From NCBI RefSeq assembly GCF_009914755.1, contig NC_060928.1: 64,000 bases of DNA, one strand, 5' to 3'. Numbering within the stretch: the first letter of the stretch is position 1; every line of letters starts with the position of its first letter. The notes beneath the pieces were generated by a model. The model was not told the DNA's origin. It did no database searches and was given only the letters and a program-made list of their open reading frames with translations. Position numbers and translations under genes: made by a program. This document shows positions 30,747 through 44,245 of this stretch, one piece after another. Origin of the DNA: the human T2T-CHM13v2.0 reference genome, Homo sapiens.

Positions 30747-31582
30747 TAGAGCAAATTCGGGTAAGTACGGCCCATCTGGAAAGATTTTCCCAGGGAACTT
30801 GTAAGAAAAGGGTCAGTAGAAAAAGCTATAGCCAGATACTGAAGTTGGTGTCAAGGTCATAACTTTTACTCATTGTATTCTATTGTCCCACACATTCTGA
30901 ATCTCCTTCATGCTTGGATGGCAATTTGGGGAGTCTTGACTGGAAGAATGGCCCAGATCTTCATTCCCTAAGAATCTTAGCCCTTTCTCAGGCCACAACT
31001 GTTCTATTGTCCACTTGCCATCAAAGTGGGCATGAAACACCAAAAGATGTCCCAGGGGATCATCTGACACCACACATATTATTCCATACCCAATCATATT
31101 ACAGCAGCCCGTTTTCTCCAGATGAAGTCAAGTTCAATTACCACTGCCAATACAGTAATTCATTTCCTTACCTCCTGATAGCTTGGCATGAAGGGCCTGA
31201 ATTGCTCAGCCAATATATTTTGCTTATACTTTAATGGGACTCTTACCATGCCCCCTGTCAGAAGTATTTTTGGGGAATGAGGATCTCTACACCCATAGAG
31301 CCTCAGGCTGGAAGACAGAAAGTACAGAACAGGTTACTAAAATTATTGGTACTATTAGTACTTCCACTTTTTTTTCCTGGACCCATGCATTTTACCTTCT
31401 CAGGTCATAGAATCATATAATGTCAATCCTCTCAGGCTGTCACCTTCAAACTGGTGACTTAGGCTCATCTTCGATAGACCCTTCCGTTTATCTGTTGGGC
31501 CAGTAGATTATAGATGGCAGAGTATGTGCTAGGCTCATGTGCCCACTGCCATTCTTTCTTCACTCTAGAGTCGATTCCTTGG

Positions 31583-31999
31583 TGTCACAGGCTGAATTTC
31601 ACTCCCTTGTCCCTCCCCGACAACATCCATATATTGAAGCCCTAATCCCTTGACCTCAGAGTGTGACTGTCAATGCAGATCGGCCTTCGAAGAGGTGTTT
31701 AAGTTAAATAAGAACATTAGGGTGGCCTCTGATTCAGTCTGACTGGTGTCCTTATAAGAAGAGAAAACTGAGACCCTCAAATAGACAAAGGGGCATGCAT
31801 GCACAGACAAAAGACCACGTGAGGACACTGCAAGAAAGTGGCCATTTGCAAGCAAAGGAGAGAGGCTCAGAAGAAACGAAACCTGCTAACACCTTGCTCT
31901 TGGACTTCCAAGCCACAGAATCATGAGACAACAGATTTATGTTGTTTAAACCACCTAGTCTGTGGTATTTTGTTATGGCAGACCTAGCAAACTAATCCA
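31583..31999 (+). mobile_element. MLT1B-like MaLR solo LTR nested in ERVL
   Basis: TG...CA termini, perfect 5-bp TSD cttgg, 'gactggtgtccttataagaagag', 'tgtggtattttgttatggca'. Confidence 0.9.
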
Positions 32000-32929
32000 C
32001 TTGGTAAAATGCAGACTTATTTGGGATCTTATGTTGGTGGATCAGAGAATCTACAAGCCCTCTAATATTTGTGCTGGCCAAGGCCCTGTGTGCAAAAAGA
32101 CAGACTCATAGGGTCAATCCCAAGCAAAATGATTTGCTTCCCTGTCAGGGTGGAAGTGTCCAATAAGTCACTTTGCACAAAGTGGGTGGTTGGTCTTAGC
32201 TAATACCGTATAGGAGCTCAGTGCTGATCTCTATTGCTGCAAACTGGACATTCAGCAGGGGCAACAGCTAGGTCATACTTGGTGAGTGGGAGTTCATGCT
32301 ATCAGGCCCATTAATAGACTCCATCTCCACTTCCGTATGACTCCAAATATTCAGTACATCAGCACTGAGGTAGCCAATGGAAGAAGCTAGCTGGGTTCAA
32401 GTGACTGTTTACTTACTCGTTTAATGTCTCTTCAGTGACAGGGGCTTTCTAGTGGGTGTTTACATATGATGCCAATTAAAGTACATTGTTAGGACAAGAA
32501 ATTCTTCCTGCATACCTATCCCTGTAGATCCATTCTCATGCCTTTTCCCTAGACTTCTTGAACCCATATCTTCCCATTTTTCTTTTCCAGACCTCTGTTT
32601 GATCTGTGTTAACATCCATGAGCCCCTATGTATTCTTTTCTGTTTTGTCTTTCTGTTTATACTAAGTAGATGACTAAGTATACCACCCAGAACTCTGAGC
32701 AGTGGGAAAATTTCCCCTCACCACTTTTAGTGAGGACCAGCCCTGAATGGGATTGTAATGAGCAGCAGCTCATCTTCAGCTCTCACTGATATACTCAGAA
32801 AACCAATTCATGAAGCAAGCTGGATTTTTTCCTCCCTATCAGGTGGTCAAAATGACCTCAGCCGCTACTTGAAGCCAGAGGCAAGAGGTGGTTGATGAGA
32901 TAGTAAGGAGGGTTTGCACCACCTTCTGA

Positions 32930-33283
<354 letters not shown>

Positions 33284-35071
33284 TGACTGGGTGGGTCAGA
33301 ATAATTTTGCTCAAGGTGGGCATCTCTGGCCACATGAAACTGGTCACTTGACGTTCCATGGTTGGAGCTCTAAAAAGGACCATTTCAGTTTCTGCTTTCT
33401 GAATAAAATATAGTTTGCTGCTGCCCGGGCCTGTTGCTGAGTTCTTTCCTGCTATAGGCCCCACTCTAAGCTGGCAGCCTTTCATATCTCCTAGTATATG
33501 GGTTAGACGAGTACTTCCAAGTACAGGCTATGCTTTCTCCAGAACCTGAAAATATCTACCAAGAATTGCTTTTCTTTTCTGAAAGAAAAGCAATTACCTT
33601 TCTTGTGGGAGGTAATAGATGCTAGAATTTGTCTTTTACTTAGGAGGAGATGTCCTGGCTTTCCCTAGGCCACTATGCCCCCTAAACTTTTCACTGACAT
33701 GACAGGTCCCTGAATAGGGTTTACCTCCCACCCTAAAAAATCCGTGTGTCTTAACACAGTACACACATTTTGCACCCATCTACTATATTAAAATGATGTC
33801 CTCAACAGACAGGACCAATGTGATATACCACAGAGTGTCCAGTCTAGGTCCCTTTTGAATGTATTAGGGCAGATACCAGGAAATACAACATAGACCTTGG
33901 GCCACACAGTAAATGTATAATATTGTTTGCCTCAAATAAATGCAAACAACTTGTGATCCTTTTTTCTGATAGGGATGGAAAAGAAGGCATTCATCAGATC
34001 AGTGACAGCGTGTCATATGGCAGAATCTTTGTTAATCTACATTAGCAAAGATACCACATTCAGCATAGCTGCAATTGAGGGTACTATCTAATTAAGTAAA
34101 TGGAATTCCATTGTCATCCATCATGACCTATCACGTTTCTATAAAGGCCAGACTGGTTAATTAAATGAGAATAGAATACAGACCACCCTGCATTCTGTGG
34201 CATTTACTTCTGCCTTTCCCTCCCAAGATGCAGTATTGGTTTACTGTCTTAGAGAGAAAGAGACAGTTTCAGAGGCTTTCCCACTTCAATTACCCCAGGT
34301 ATAACAATTGAGAATTCTGTCAACTACCAAATATGCGCATTCCATTAGACATTGTAAAAATGACCACATGGTTTGTCTGTGAACACAGTGGCTCCACTGT
34401 GAGCAGGACCTGAGCCAGGATTCCACTTGTTCCCTGGCCGCCCCATGCCCTCATTCTAACAGGAGGGTCATGTTGGGACTTTGTGTCCCTGAATGCAAAT
34501 ATTAAGTCAGACCCTTTTTCCAGTAATCCTGTAAAGCTCGGGTATTTCTCTCTTTGCAATGCACAGTTACATAAGTTAGTGTTTATAAATCACTTTAGGG
34601 AAGACTGGGGAATTACTACTGAATACTCTTGCTGCAGTGTTGCAAGGTCCCTGCTCATAGGAATCCAGCTTCTCCTTCAGTTAATGGATTCCAGCTCTGA
34701 ATGTTGGCTCAGGTACAGAAACTGGGGAAGGAATCATGACTTTTTACTGGGGTGGTTACCTGCAGTCTTCTGCTTATTCATCCTTGATTTCTTTTCATTA
34801 TATAAATGAAGTGGTCAACTTGTTGACTGCCCTTCACTCATGTGTCCAGAATACTATCTCTATACCTCACCAAAGGTTGGGCCCTCTTGGCTGCCACTCC
34901 AATCTCATTACTGATCACTATAGTTGTAAACACCTGGCCTTTCCTATTTTGAAATCCTATTATCAGCATTGCCGGAATAAAGGCCAGTTCGGTGACAGCA
35001 CATCTTACTATCAGTCCTGTCCTAGATAAGGACAGACATCACTGAGCTTCCCAATGATGCTGATGTCACTC

Positions 35072-35710
35072 TGTGGTAGGATTATTTGTTAAAAAATGAA
35101 GACAATGGTATCTGTCGTTCCACATGCTTTTCTAAAATCTGACCTTGTCTCTCTGCCCATCGAGAGATGAGGGCTATGATTCTAAGCAGACTATGACTAA
35201 GTAATAGCCAAAAGAATGCAGCAAAAGTGATGATTTCCAAAGTATGACTTCTGAATCTAGGTCAAAAAGGTGATACAGCTTCAAGCTTGACCACTGAAGC
35301 ACTTATTCTAGCAGGCCTGAACTACCATGTAAGAAAACTGACTACTCTGAAGCTGACATACTGTAAGAATTTAAGCTACATATAAAGTTCATGCATAGAG
35401 GCCCAGAAATCCTGATCTTCATATCATCCTAGCTCTGTCTCCAGACATATAAGTGAATAAGCTTTCATATATCTCCAGTACCCAGGTTTTGAGATATTTC
35501 CAGCCTTTGGGTCTTCCCATATGAGGCCTTAGACATCATGGAGTAGAAACTAGTGTACTTCTCTCTATAAGCAGAATAAAATGATTGTTTAAGCCATTGA
35601 TAATATATTTCAGAGCAGTAGTAATCCGAACAGAAATCTGGTCCCTTGGGGGAACTATTCCATAACAAAATTTAGAACATATAGCATTGACTAAGTAGTG
35701 GTAAGTAGGC
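35072..35710 (+). mobile_element. MLT1G/H-like LTR plus short start of MaLR internal sequence
   Basis: tgtggtagg start, 'actaccatgtaagaa', ends 'gcagtagtaatccgaaca' (~35632), followed by 'gaaatctggt...cataacaaaa'. Confidence 0.7.
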
Positions 35711-36479
35711 CACCCTCTCACCTGTGTATTCTTTATCCCTTTGATAAATGGAGTACCTCTGGGCTCTCCCATGGAACAGAGTCGGTTGGGAAATGTTCTG
35801 GCCTTAACATAGTACATCCACTCCACTCTCTGCATAGCAATTCTGACATTTCAATGTCACTTATGGCCAGCATTTATTTCCAGGTTGCCAAGAGTCATCC
35901 CATCAACATGAAAGCACATTTTCCTCAAATACTCGCCACATATTAAATCATTTATAGTGTATCCTCTGTGTTCTCCAATTTTATGTTTCATCCACCTGCA
36001 TTTAACACTCTGAGAATTCAATCCCATATATACTCTCTCATATTCTGGGTAGGTACCTATTAGCCAGATCCCGCAGTTTCTTTGTTGCATGGTCCTTACC
36101 TCCCCTTAGCAGGACCTGCACTTACACAGTTCAGCTATGTTGAAATCTGTTTCTTTGTTTTTTTCTTGGTTGTCAGGTGCAAGGAAAGAGGCAGAGCCTG
36201 AGTGGAGCAAGTATTATCTTATAAGGCACTTGCCTTACATGAGGCTTCTGCCTGGTCTTTGAACAGGATGGGGGGTACCATCTCCTAATAATGGGGAATG
36301 GGCTGCTGGTGTAGGCCCAGATGGTTCATAAGAATCTAGAAATTGAAGGATCTCAGCTGCATCTATTCGCACACCCCATCCCAACACTCAGAGTCCTGCT
36401 GTATCTTTATTAGGGCCCTGACCTTGAAAGAGGAAGCTTAGCTGAGGTAACTTCAAACTTATGTTCAGTTTCCTCTGTA

Positions 36480-37370
36480 TCAATTGATTTTTGTCAATTA
36501 TGTATTGATATTTATCTTGCTTAATAATTTTGATCTTAATTTTAATTTAGCTGTATTATTTCTATCCATTTGTTTCTTATATCAGATCAAAGTTTTATTA
36601 CATAAACATTGCCTGTTGTTTCTCTTACCTTACATAATTTTATTTTAAGTGTGTAATTTGTACCCTTTCAACTTTTACTGATGAAATTTAGAATTTGTGT
36701 TTGCTACAATAATACTACCTAGTTTTGAGCCTATATCCTATTCAATGCTTTGTTGTTTATTTTCTATTTAGTCTTTTGGGTTGTACTTTATTTAATGTTA
36801 TTATTGAAAATTTTGGTGGTATAATTTTATTTAAATCTTATAATAAACTACATTAAAGTATTTTCAAATTATTCTTATGATAAAAAGAAGAAGAGCCACT
36901 CTTCTTCTGGTTTCTATAGGACACAAATAGATTGCTAGAGTATGACACAATCTGTTGTAAAATCAAATTTTTTAAAGAAATTTTTATCTTATGTCTTTTG
37001 TATTCTAATTTTAATTACTTTTATCTATGAACACTTCTCTATCATTTTAATTGCTTTGGGTGCTCATCATCAACCTTTTTAAAACACTTTCTGATTTTTC
37101 CTTGGGTGACTGGAGCTTAGTAGAGAAGAGTCTGGGAGATTAAATTTTGACTAACAGGTTTAAGATTGTTTTCCTGTTGCCTTAACATGTAAATAAGAGT
37201 AGGATTACCTGTAAAATTATTGGACCACATCTTTCTTTCCCTTTAAATTTCATAGCTTCATGTCTGATGATCTTGACTACTTTTTAATTTTATTTAGTTT
37301 AGTTTTATTTTACTTTAAATCTCAGTTGAAGGTGAATTGTTCTTTCTGCTTGGCAATGTCTAGGACGTTT
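36480..37370 (-). mobile_element. Probable ancient L1M/HAL1 fragment
   Basis: T-rich antisense L1-like composition, 'gtaaaattattggaccacatctttctttccctt'. Weak. Confidence 0.3.
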
Positions 37371-37650
37371 TTAGGAAAGATAGAATAGAAATACTAAGAG
37401 GAGTCCAACAAGTAGATTTATTACCAAACAAACAAACAAGTACAACTTATTCTACCCCGTTCTGAAATCAAGAAAGCCTTTGACATGTTTGTATAAGATG
37501 TTATGTTTAAAAAGTGTTTTTGCATTTATTATGTCATTTGCGCCTATCTGCAAGAAAAAGGAGGTACGTACATATTAAAAATGTTGGACACAGAGGGATG
37601 AATTGTCAAAGATCACCGCTAATAATTAAGCTGGAAAGTCAGGACTAAAA

Positions 37651-37890
37651 GGTGGGGCATGGTGGCTCACGCCTGTAATTCCATGAGAGGCTGAGGAAGG
37701 AGGATCACTTGAGCCCAGGAGTTCGAGACCAGCCTGAGTAACACAGTGAGACTACGTCTCTACATCAAGTTTAAAAATTAGCTGGGTGTGGTGGTGGAGA
37801 TCAAGACTGTAGTGAGCTGTGATTGTGCCACTACATTCCAGCCTGGGAGACAAAGTGAGACCTTGTCTCAGAAAAACAAATGAAAAAAAT
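37651..37890 (+). mobile_element. AluJ with internal right-arm deletion
   Basis: 'gtggtggtg' joins directly to 'gagatcaagactgtagtgagc'. Degenerate TSD aaagt..ggacta. Confidence 0.9.
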
Positions 37891-40800
37891 AAAGTTTGGA
37901 CTAGTACTGGAGACTAGAATACAAGATTTATGACGTTAGCTCCTGTTTTTGTAACTCTGGAGATATATGGTCAACATTTAACAATAATGAGACTAAAATA
38001 TAAACAATTCAATGTTTTTATACAAAATTAATAACTGGAGAATGCGCACTACACCCACCCTCTCTATAATTCAACTTCATGGAAAAATATTGATAGCAAG
38101 AAACTAGGAAGGTAGAGGCCCTGCTATAGATCATCTTTCAGCTTACTAACAGAAAATCTCAGGGAAACACACACATTTCCTGAGGGTTACTCTCTATGCC
38201 CTTTATGCATGTATTTAGTTTCTAACACCATATTTCACCCAATAGTTTACCTCAAATGATTCCATATATATCTATATATCTTTCTTTTTCGTAAAAATGC
38301 TTGAGAATGCAAACTCTCATTTAGAGGATTATTGTTATTTAACTCTATTACTTCTGGGATAAAAATGTATATATAGGTTCAAAAATTAAAGATATTATCA
38401 GAACTAGCATCTTTTTTATAGTAATAATTTTATAATGTCACTGTAACTTTTACTATATTAAAATAAAATTCATAATAATACATTTTAATCATATATAATT
38501 TATTTTCAAATCAGTGAAACTTTCTAATATTATTACAAGTGAAATTTTTAAAAGTTTTTCATAATAAAATAATTTATAACTCTGTCTGCAAATGCTTGAC
38601 ACAATACTGGAGACTATATTGAAGCAGTCGAATGTATTTACATACTTATAGAGAATAGTTCGTATTTAAGAAAAGCAGGAAAGTATTCAGTAAATATTAC
38701 AACTCTTTTTGACATTTTAAAATAAAGGTTAATGTGACAGTTATAAATGCAGATTGGTATGGGCATGTGTCAAATAGGCGATTCAGTTCCACCAATGGCA
38801 TTGCCATCTGACTTTCCTAAATAGTAAATAACTCCTGATAACATTTTTGAAAAGTTAATTTATCCTGCTCTTTCTGTGGTACATGCAGTCCTGGAATATT
38901 CAATACATGTTACCTCTTTCAAAAATACTTTGTACTTACATATGTGTATGTATGTGGACTACGGTTCTAGGCTCAGATAACCACAATCTGAGTTTTCATC
39001 AATGCAAATGTCCAGTGGAGCTTTCCAAAGACAAGCACAAAAATAAAAACAATGTGAAAGCATTTATTTGTTTTAGGGTCACACTCTGCATTACAAGACA
39101 GGCAGAATCTCTAGAACTTTTCCATTAAATGTTAGCAACATCTTATTATTGTCGTGACCAAAAAAATTTATTTAAATAGCCAAAACAATAAACTCACCCA
39201 TGTCTTTCTCTAACCTCCACTAATTAAAAAGCATTAAGGTAGGGTAAGTATATTGAGCCTCAGATAGAAGAAAGGAAGCCAAGAAGATCATTTCCATGTC
39301 TTCTGAGATGTTTTCCCTAGCTTTTATCCAAGAAAGCCTAATCACATTGAAATGTCTAATTTAAAGCAGAATAAAACTGGCTGGAAAAAATACACGTGGC
39401 TCAACAACTGAGAGCATACAACCACACTGCCTTCCCATCTTCACGATTTGAAATGCTTGTATAAATGTCTTCTGTTGCTGAAACAGCTATTAGAACTTCA
39501 TGGAGAATAATTTCCTCCACTGAACTTTAAGCTGTTGGATGCACTGGAGAGATAGGGAAACCTGACAGAAGGAATGGGTGTTAGGGTAAGAAATGAAATT
39601 TTATAATAGCAAGAGGGAGGTAGCCTTGAAATGAATACACATATGTAAAGAGCAATAATGATATCAAGCACCAGACATTGTGGATAAAGTAAACTTTGGC
39701 AATTTAAGGGGGCAGTGCATTTAGGGCATCATGGAAATTAGACACTTAAGAAGTTGTTTATGTTATCTTTTTACCCCGGCAACTACTATTAGATTATTCC
39801 AGGTGGGCTATAATCCCTAGTGTTTTCCCAAATTTCAAATGTGCACTGCTAGCACTATAGGGAATTGTTTGATGATGGCCATGGAATTCTGAAGTTTCAG
39901 TGAGGAATGCAATAGCCTGAAATTAATCAGGTAAGAACCAGCTCAGTAGCAGCAATTACAGCATTGCTTTGAAGTCATTCTACAATTACTTTGGTAGAAC
40001 TAGGGGAAGAAAAATTATTAGAAGCATCTTTGATAAATATTTTCTTTTAGAATACAGTGGCTTATTTTTCACTTAAAATTCTTAGGAAAATTAAGAATAC
40101 CAGAGCTAGATGGATAATCTAATAAACTTCATCTTATACATGAAGAAACTTGGGCCCCAAGGTCTTCCTTAAATCAGATAAGTCTCACAAAAAAAGATGC
40201 ATTATTCCAAGTGAATATGTGATTTCCAATTTTCTTTCTCAAAAAGATACAAAACTGACATTTTGACAAGAAGGTAAAAGGCTTCATTACACTCTACCAT
40301 GTTTTTAAAGACCTCACATTAGCCAAGAATTCATGTCTCTATTTTCTTATGTTTTCAGAATTTCTTTCAGTATTAGCCTCAGTAGGAAGTACTTACTTCT
40401 AAATAAAAAGTAAGGAGAGTAGTGTCTTATTTTCTGGGAAATTTTTTTTGAAAAGTATAAGTCACTGAAACAACAGGAAATCAAATGTTACCAAAAAATC
40501 AGGACATGTAATACTAAATATATAATCTCAATTTTATTTCAGCCTTCTATTCTATTCCTTAACTGTGAATAACTTTGAACTTTCAAAGAACAAAAAGCAA
40601 AGCAATTCCTTTTAACAGTAGAAAAATTAATGCGCAATATTATCCCATGTTTTGAATTGTTTTAAATATACTTCATGCCAATTTACCTCAAAATCTACTT
40701 CTGTAGAATATTTCAGATTATGTAGTCTTGGAATTGAATTTATCTGCAAAAATCAGAGTTTAGGGTTTCCTAATAATAATAATAAATAAGTTAGGTTAGT

Positions 40801-41934
40801 GTAAAAGACCACTAACCTAACTTCATGTACCTTCAGATTTGTAATTGTTTTGTAAATTCCATGACCACAATTTGCAATAAAACTTTCATAACTATTCTGA
40901 ACCCTTATCAAATAAAGAAACAGAAACCAAATCTCTATTTGTTATCTTCAGGGGACTTAAATCTAGATTGCTTTTTTATTTTGTAGTTTGACCTCAATTA
41001 AGTTTTAAATTTTAATCCATGTTCTTTTGATAACTCAGTAACTACAGAATCCCAGAGTGAGAAAATCAAGCTACTCATTGCCCTTCTTTAACCAACAGTA
41101 TTAGTGAAGCACATAAGCTCTATGGTTGGTTATTCTATTAAAAGCATCATTTATTGCACATGTTTTTTGCTGGCCTTTCTATGAATGTCATTCTTAAGAC
41201 CAGAGGCATTAGGAAGTGACATGTTGATAAACAGAAGCAATTATCCAGGTGCTGATAGTTCATTTTTTTAAATGTAAAAGTGAATATTCACTAAACGTTA
41301 ACAAATTCACAAAGACTTATACAAAAGGCAAAAGCCATTTCTTAAAACAAAACAAAACAATAAAACCCTCCAAAATGGGAAGATCAGAAAATGGATTCAT
41401 TACTTCAAAGCATAAACAGCAAAATCATTCATTAGAAACCAGACTCTGCGATGCAGAAACCAGAGAACGTGATGAAAGACGGAAAACACAGCACCATCCA
41501 CAACATCAATTTAAAGGACTGCACAGCAGACATGAGTTTTCATGACTGAAGGTATTCCGTAACTTTCTTTTTCCAACACTTATTTTTGTTTTATTGACAA
41601 CAGTTTTTAAAAATGTGTTCTCCTGGGAATCACTGTTGATGAGATAATTGCTTTTCTACTGTTTTCAAAGATCACTTTCCATGAAAAGCCTGATAAACAA
41701 GATAGACAGGAGAGTAGTGAGACTAGAGTGAGATCTTGTAGACTGTTATGCTCTAAAGAACTACTTGTAGGAAGACTCCAAATTTCTCTTCCAACTGTGA
41801 TACTGCAGACTCCAGAGGAGGCCAAAGAATACAGAGGTCATGCCTATTGTCAACAACTGCACACCATGGGTGACCAAAATGAAGACAAGGAAAGAAAGTT
41901 GAGCACGATGTTCAGTAAAATGAAGGCCACACAT

Positions 41935-42160
41935 AATAACCATCACTAACACTTCTGAGAACACGGCAAACACACTCTGGAATTTATGTAGACATCTTAG
42001 CACATTTGCTTTTCCTAACAACGCTATGAGGATTTGGAGATAAGGAAACTGCATGTCAGAGAGGTGTAGCAATTCATTCGAGGTCATACAAGTAGTGTGA
42101 ATCAGAGTCAGTATTTACACCCAGGAAGTCTGGCCCCAGACCTGCACTCTCAGCTACAGT
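41935..42160 (-). mobile_element. MIR
   Basis: 'cctaacaacgctatgagg...agataaggaaactg...agagaggt...aggtcatacaagtag...cccaggaagtctggccccaga'. Confidence 0.65.
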
Positions 42161-42178
42161 GGCAGCTTCAAAACGTTA

Positions 42179-42349
<171 letters not shown>

Positions 42350-43401
42350 GTTAATGATACTTCCCAGTAAAGTATGGTGCTCTATAAAAAATAAACAAGT
42401 AAATAATAAATCAAACACTCAAAGATGGGGTGGGTCTGCAGGCATGTGTGCATATATATACATAGATATTCAATGAATACATTTTCACTGAGATATTCTC
42501 TTTCATATTCTCAGTTGTTAGATCCTAAATAGACATATATACTTTGTCTGAGGAGAGCATTTTTGTAGTTTCTAACTCTACTTTTCAAGAATCCTAGTAT
42601 CTGCTTCTATGATTCAATTTAATATCTTCTCTAAATCTCTATTCTCTCTGATGCATAACATTTTAATCATTCCCCCAGATAAACACAGCGAAATTAGAAA
42701 TTAACTCCATAACTCTAAATTAAAAATCATTAAACTGTGAACATCAGTATGGAAGATGGAAGGTGTTACATATCAATTTGCTTCTGTGGATTTATCAATC
42801 CTTCTGTCTGGTCTTTGAACATCAGTTTCAGTACCTGCAGCAAGTAGGCCAGTTGCATGTCTTCATTGTGACTGAGGGACCCTTTCAATCCCCTCACATC
42901 TCTCTAAGTTCTGGGAAACTATTGAGTTGCTCTTCTGTGGCCACGGAGACCCCAGAGTCTCATGGATCTCTCCCATGCCATGCTGCCATTTTTACTCAGA
43001 GCTGTGAAATAAACTTTGGTGGAGACTTCTTTGGGAGGTTTGTTTCTCTCCAAGCTGTAGGCTAAGGATGAGACATGGATCTTCTCTCTTCCCAAGAGCA
43101 TTTGGGACCCAGTCCCCTCAAATCTATTCGAGAAATATCATGGGACCACAACAATAACTAACCCTAGAGTGGTGAGATTTTCTCTTGTCCTTCTTTCCTC
43201 CTGCAGTCAGTAAAATGTCATTTTCTGTTGGGAGGGAACCTAACTTACATTATCATGAATTCTAACCACATTATGGTTTATGGATAGATTACATGCTCTA
43301 ATTTCTTCAGGCTCTTTATATTTTAAAACAGAAAAAGTTTATTTTCTCTCAAAAGACATGCTCTCTCTTACAAATCAATACTTCTTTGCAGAAGTTAATT
43401 T

Positions 43402-43640
43402 TCAGGCTATACTGCTTGGGTTCAAATTCAAGCTCTATCACTTACCACTTTTGAGATCTTAGACAAGATATTTAAACACTGGTACTGTTTCCTCATCTTA
43501 AAAAATAATAATGTATTACCTAGCTCACAGAGATGTGATTAAAATTAGATGAATAATATATGTACAGCACTCAGAACATAATATATGCATGTACATATAT
43601 ATGTACATAAAATATGTAAAGCACTCAGAACATAGTAAAA
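43402..43640 (+). mobile_element. MIR
   Basis: 'gggttcaaattc...cacttacc...tgtttcctcatct...gcactcagaacatag'. Confidence 0.72.
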
Positions 43641-43724
43641 ATATTGTATAGTTTTAAGTTTATTCCACGTTGTTGACATTTTCTTCATCCCTCTCTTTAG
43701 TTTAGAAACAATCCACAAGATGAT

Positions 43725-44084
43725 GAATCAAGCCCTGATTTTTGAGTGCTTGGTGATTTCCATGGTATAAATACTGCCACTGTGCCTGATTCCAAGCTAC
43801 CAAGTTGTCTGATGTCAATGAAGTTGGGAAGAGATATACAGCTGTACAATGTTATACTATGAACATAAGTAACATAAGAACTTGAAAAAACAGTAAGATA
43901 TAGAGTATTTGGGAAGTGACAAACTTTGAGTTTGTCTTGTCTCTTTTTATATAATTTATTTAATTACAAATATATATAATATGATTTTTCCCAATAGCTG
44001 TGTTAATAACTATCCTGTAAAATTTCTGAAAATTTGCCACTGGATGCTTGTAAGCAGGTTCAAGTCAGCTCCAGCACACCACTG
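43725..44084. mobile_element. MER63-like hAT element
   Basis: 'gatttccatggtataaatactgccac...ttccaagctacca' and terminus 'gctccagcacaccactg'. Confidence 0.6.
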
Positions 44085-44129
44085 GATGTTGTGTTTATAG
44101 AATACACACATGCCTAAATCTTTAGCCTA

Positions 44130-44245
44130 ATGTATAGATGAAGAAAGAGAGGATCAGTAAAATTAACTAGTTATTTCAAGGTCATTTCAGAACTAAGTGA
44201 TGAAGCTAAGATTTAATCCCAATCTGCCTGATTTCCAAAGACTTT
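44130..44245 (-). mobile_element. MIR core fragment
   Basis: 'atagatgaagaaa...caaggtca...ctaagtgatgaagctaagatttaatccc'. Confidence 0.45.
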
